Shown here piece by piece: positions 62,740 to 64,000 of a DNA stretch of 64,000 bases. Within the stretch, counting starts at the first letter, position 1. Each line of letters begins with the position of its first letter. The translations under genes and the position numbers were made by a program. Source of the DNA: Malacoraja senta (lineage: Eukaryota). The notes under the pieces are model-generated. The model was not told where the DNA came from, made no database searches, and saw only the letters and a program-made list of their open reading frames with translations. The DNA lies in the NCBI GenBank assembly GCA_038087875.1, contig CM075993.1:9054001-9118000 (forward strand). Reading direction: 5' to 3'.

Positions 62740-62916
62740 TGTAGAAACAATGAACTGCAGATGCTAGTTAATACACAAAAGAACACAAATTGTTGGAGTA
62801 ACTCAGCAGGTCAGGCAGCATCACTGGAGAACATGGATAGGTGATGTTTTGGGTTGGAACCTTTCTTCAGACGAAGTGTCTCAACCCCAAAAGTCATATA
62901 TCCATGTTCTCCAGAT
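62740..62916. mobile_element. Fold-back Penelope mini-element
   Basis: gaactgcagatgct arm; ctggagaacatggata versus tatccatgttctccag inverted arms. Confidence 0.7.
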
Positions 62917-63235
62917 AGTTAGGCAGACAAAACTCATTTTGATGTAACAATGAAGGTTTGTGGGGAGGCTCAGATAACTTGTGCACATAGGATCTTCCCC
63001 TCCTGTCCGCTCTGCTGCATCAGTTTGCTACCTGATGCCGCTGCTCAGTGGAACCTGAGATGACCATGGCCAAGCACTTCCTCTCACCTAGAGAATCCGA
63101 TCAGAAAGAGTAAGGAATCACTTGCTCGTTTTAGGTAAATTTCTCAGAGAATTCCCACAATGTGCTTCTGAAAATTTCTTAATTTCTTTTGAAAGTCTTA
63201 CTTCTCAAATGAACAGGAAACATATTTACATATAT

Positions 63236-64000
63236 TAAGAATAAGGGGTAGGCCATTTAGAACGGAGATGAGGAAAAACTTTTTCACCCAGAGAGTTGTG
63301 AATGTGGAATTCTCTGCCTCAGAAGGCAGTGGAGGCCAATTCTCTGGATGCTTTCAAGAGAGAGTTAGATAGAGCTCTTAAAGATAGTGGAGTCAGGGGA
63401 TACGGTGAGAAGGCAGGAACGGGGTACTGATTGTGGATGATCAGCAATTATCATGTGGATGATCAGCAATGGATAACTTATGGATACAGGAGAGGTGCCA
63501 GAGGATTGGAGGGTGGCAAATGTTGTGCCTCTTTTCAAGATGGGCTGCAGGGAAAATGCTGGGAACTATAGGCTGGTGAGTAAGTTGCTGGAGAGTATTC
63601 TGAGGGATAGGATATGCAGGCATTTGGCTGATTAGGGACATTCAGCATAGTTTTGTACATGGGAGGTCGTGTCTCACAAATCTGATTGATTTTTTTGAAG
63701 ACGTGAGCAAAAAGTTTGTTGAAGGCAGAGCTGTAGATGTTATGTACATGGACTTTAGTAAGGCGTTCGACAAGGTGCCGCATGGTAGGCTGCTCTGGAA
63801 CGTTAGATCTCATGGTATCCAAGGAGAGATAGCTGAATGGATAGAAAAATTGGCTCCATGGAAGGAAGCAGAGAGTGATGGTGGAAGGTTGCTTCTCAGA
63901 ATGGAGGCCTGTGACTAGTGGTGTGCCACATGGTTCGGTGCTGGGCCTGTTACTGTTTGTCATCTACATCAATGATTTGGATGAGAACATACAAGGCAAG
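63236..64000 (+). mobile_element. CR1 3' end (63236-63452) followed by a second CR1 RT fragment running off the window
   Basis: FFTQRVVN-type tail; AVDVMYMDFSKAFDKVPHGRL; gtgccacatggttcggtgctgggcc. Confidence 0.85.

Noticed and set aside
35000..64000. Exons of a neighbouring gene (DUT lies 3' of FBN1 in mammals)
   Set aside because: No dUTPase or other recognisable host-protein motif in the ORF track or by eye; short exons could have been missed.

Overview
Eukaryotic (vertebrate) DNA, almost certainly from a cartilaginous fish such as a skate or ray. The organism is inferred from HE1/V-SINE, HER1-type CR1 and elasmobranch-type Penelope repeats. The window holds the last five coding exons and 3' UTR of fibrillin-1 on the + strand (3257-3385, 5380-5499, 29539-29770, 31192-31369, 33586-33975), followed by about 29 kb of repeat-rich downstream DNA with no other recognisable gene. 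The 24-kb intron after the 120-bp exon starts with a non-canonical GC donor and is packed with transposons: a Tc1 with a Harbinger MITE in its left TIR, several non-autonomous Helitrons (three in a head-to-tail chain), Rex/Babar, an L2 interrupted by an L1, and a structurally complete DIRS1-like tyrosine-recombinase retrotransposon. The DIRS copy is the most striking object. Its terminal repeats and internal complementary region are 151/152 nt identical, which implies a young insertion. Its gag/pol/methyltransferase region is heavily decayed, yet its tyrosine-recombinase ORF is open with all catalytic residues, suggesting a trans-mobilised lineage that keeps only its integrase. Other highlights: ~200-bp fold-back Penelope mini-elements with hammerhead-ribozyme cores and TSDs, an asprosin-like C-terminal peptide behind an RNRR furin site, and two miR-29 seed sites in the 3' UTR. 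All family assignments come from motif recognition by eye, not database searches.
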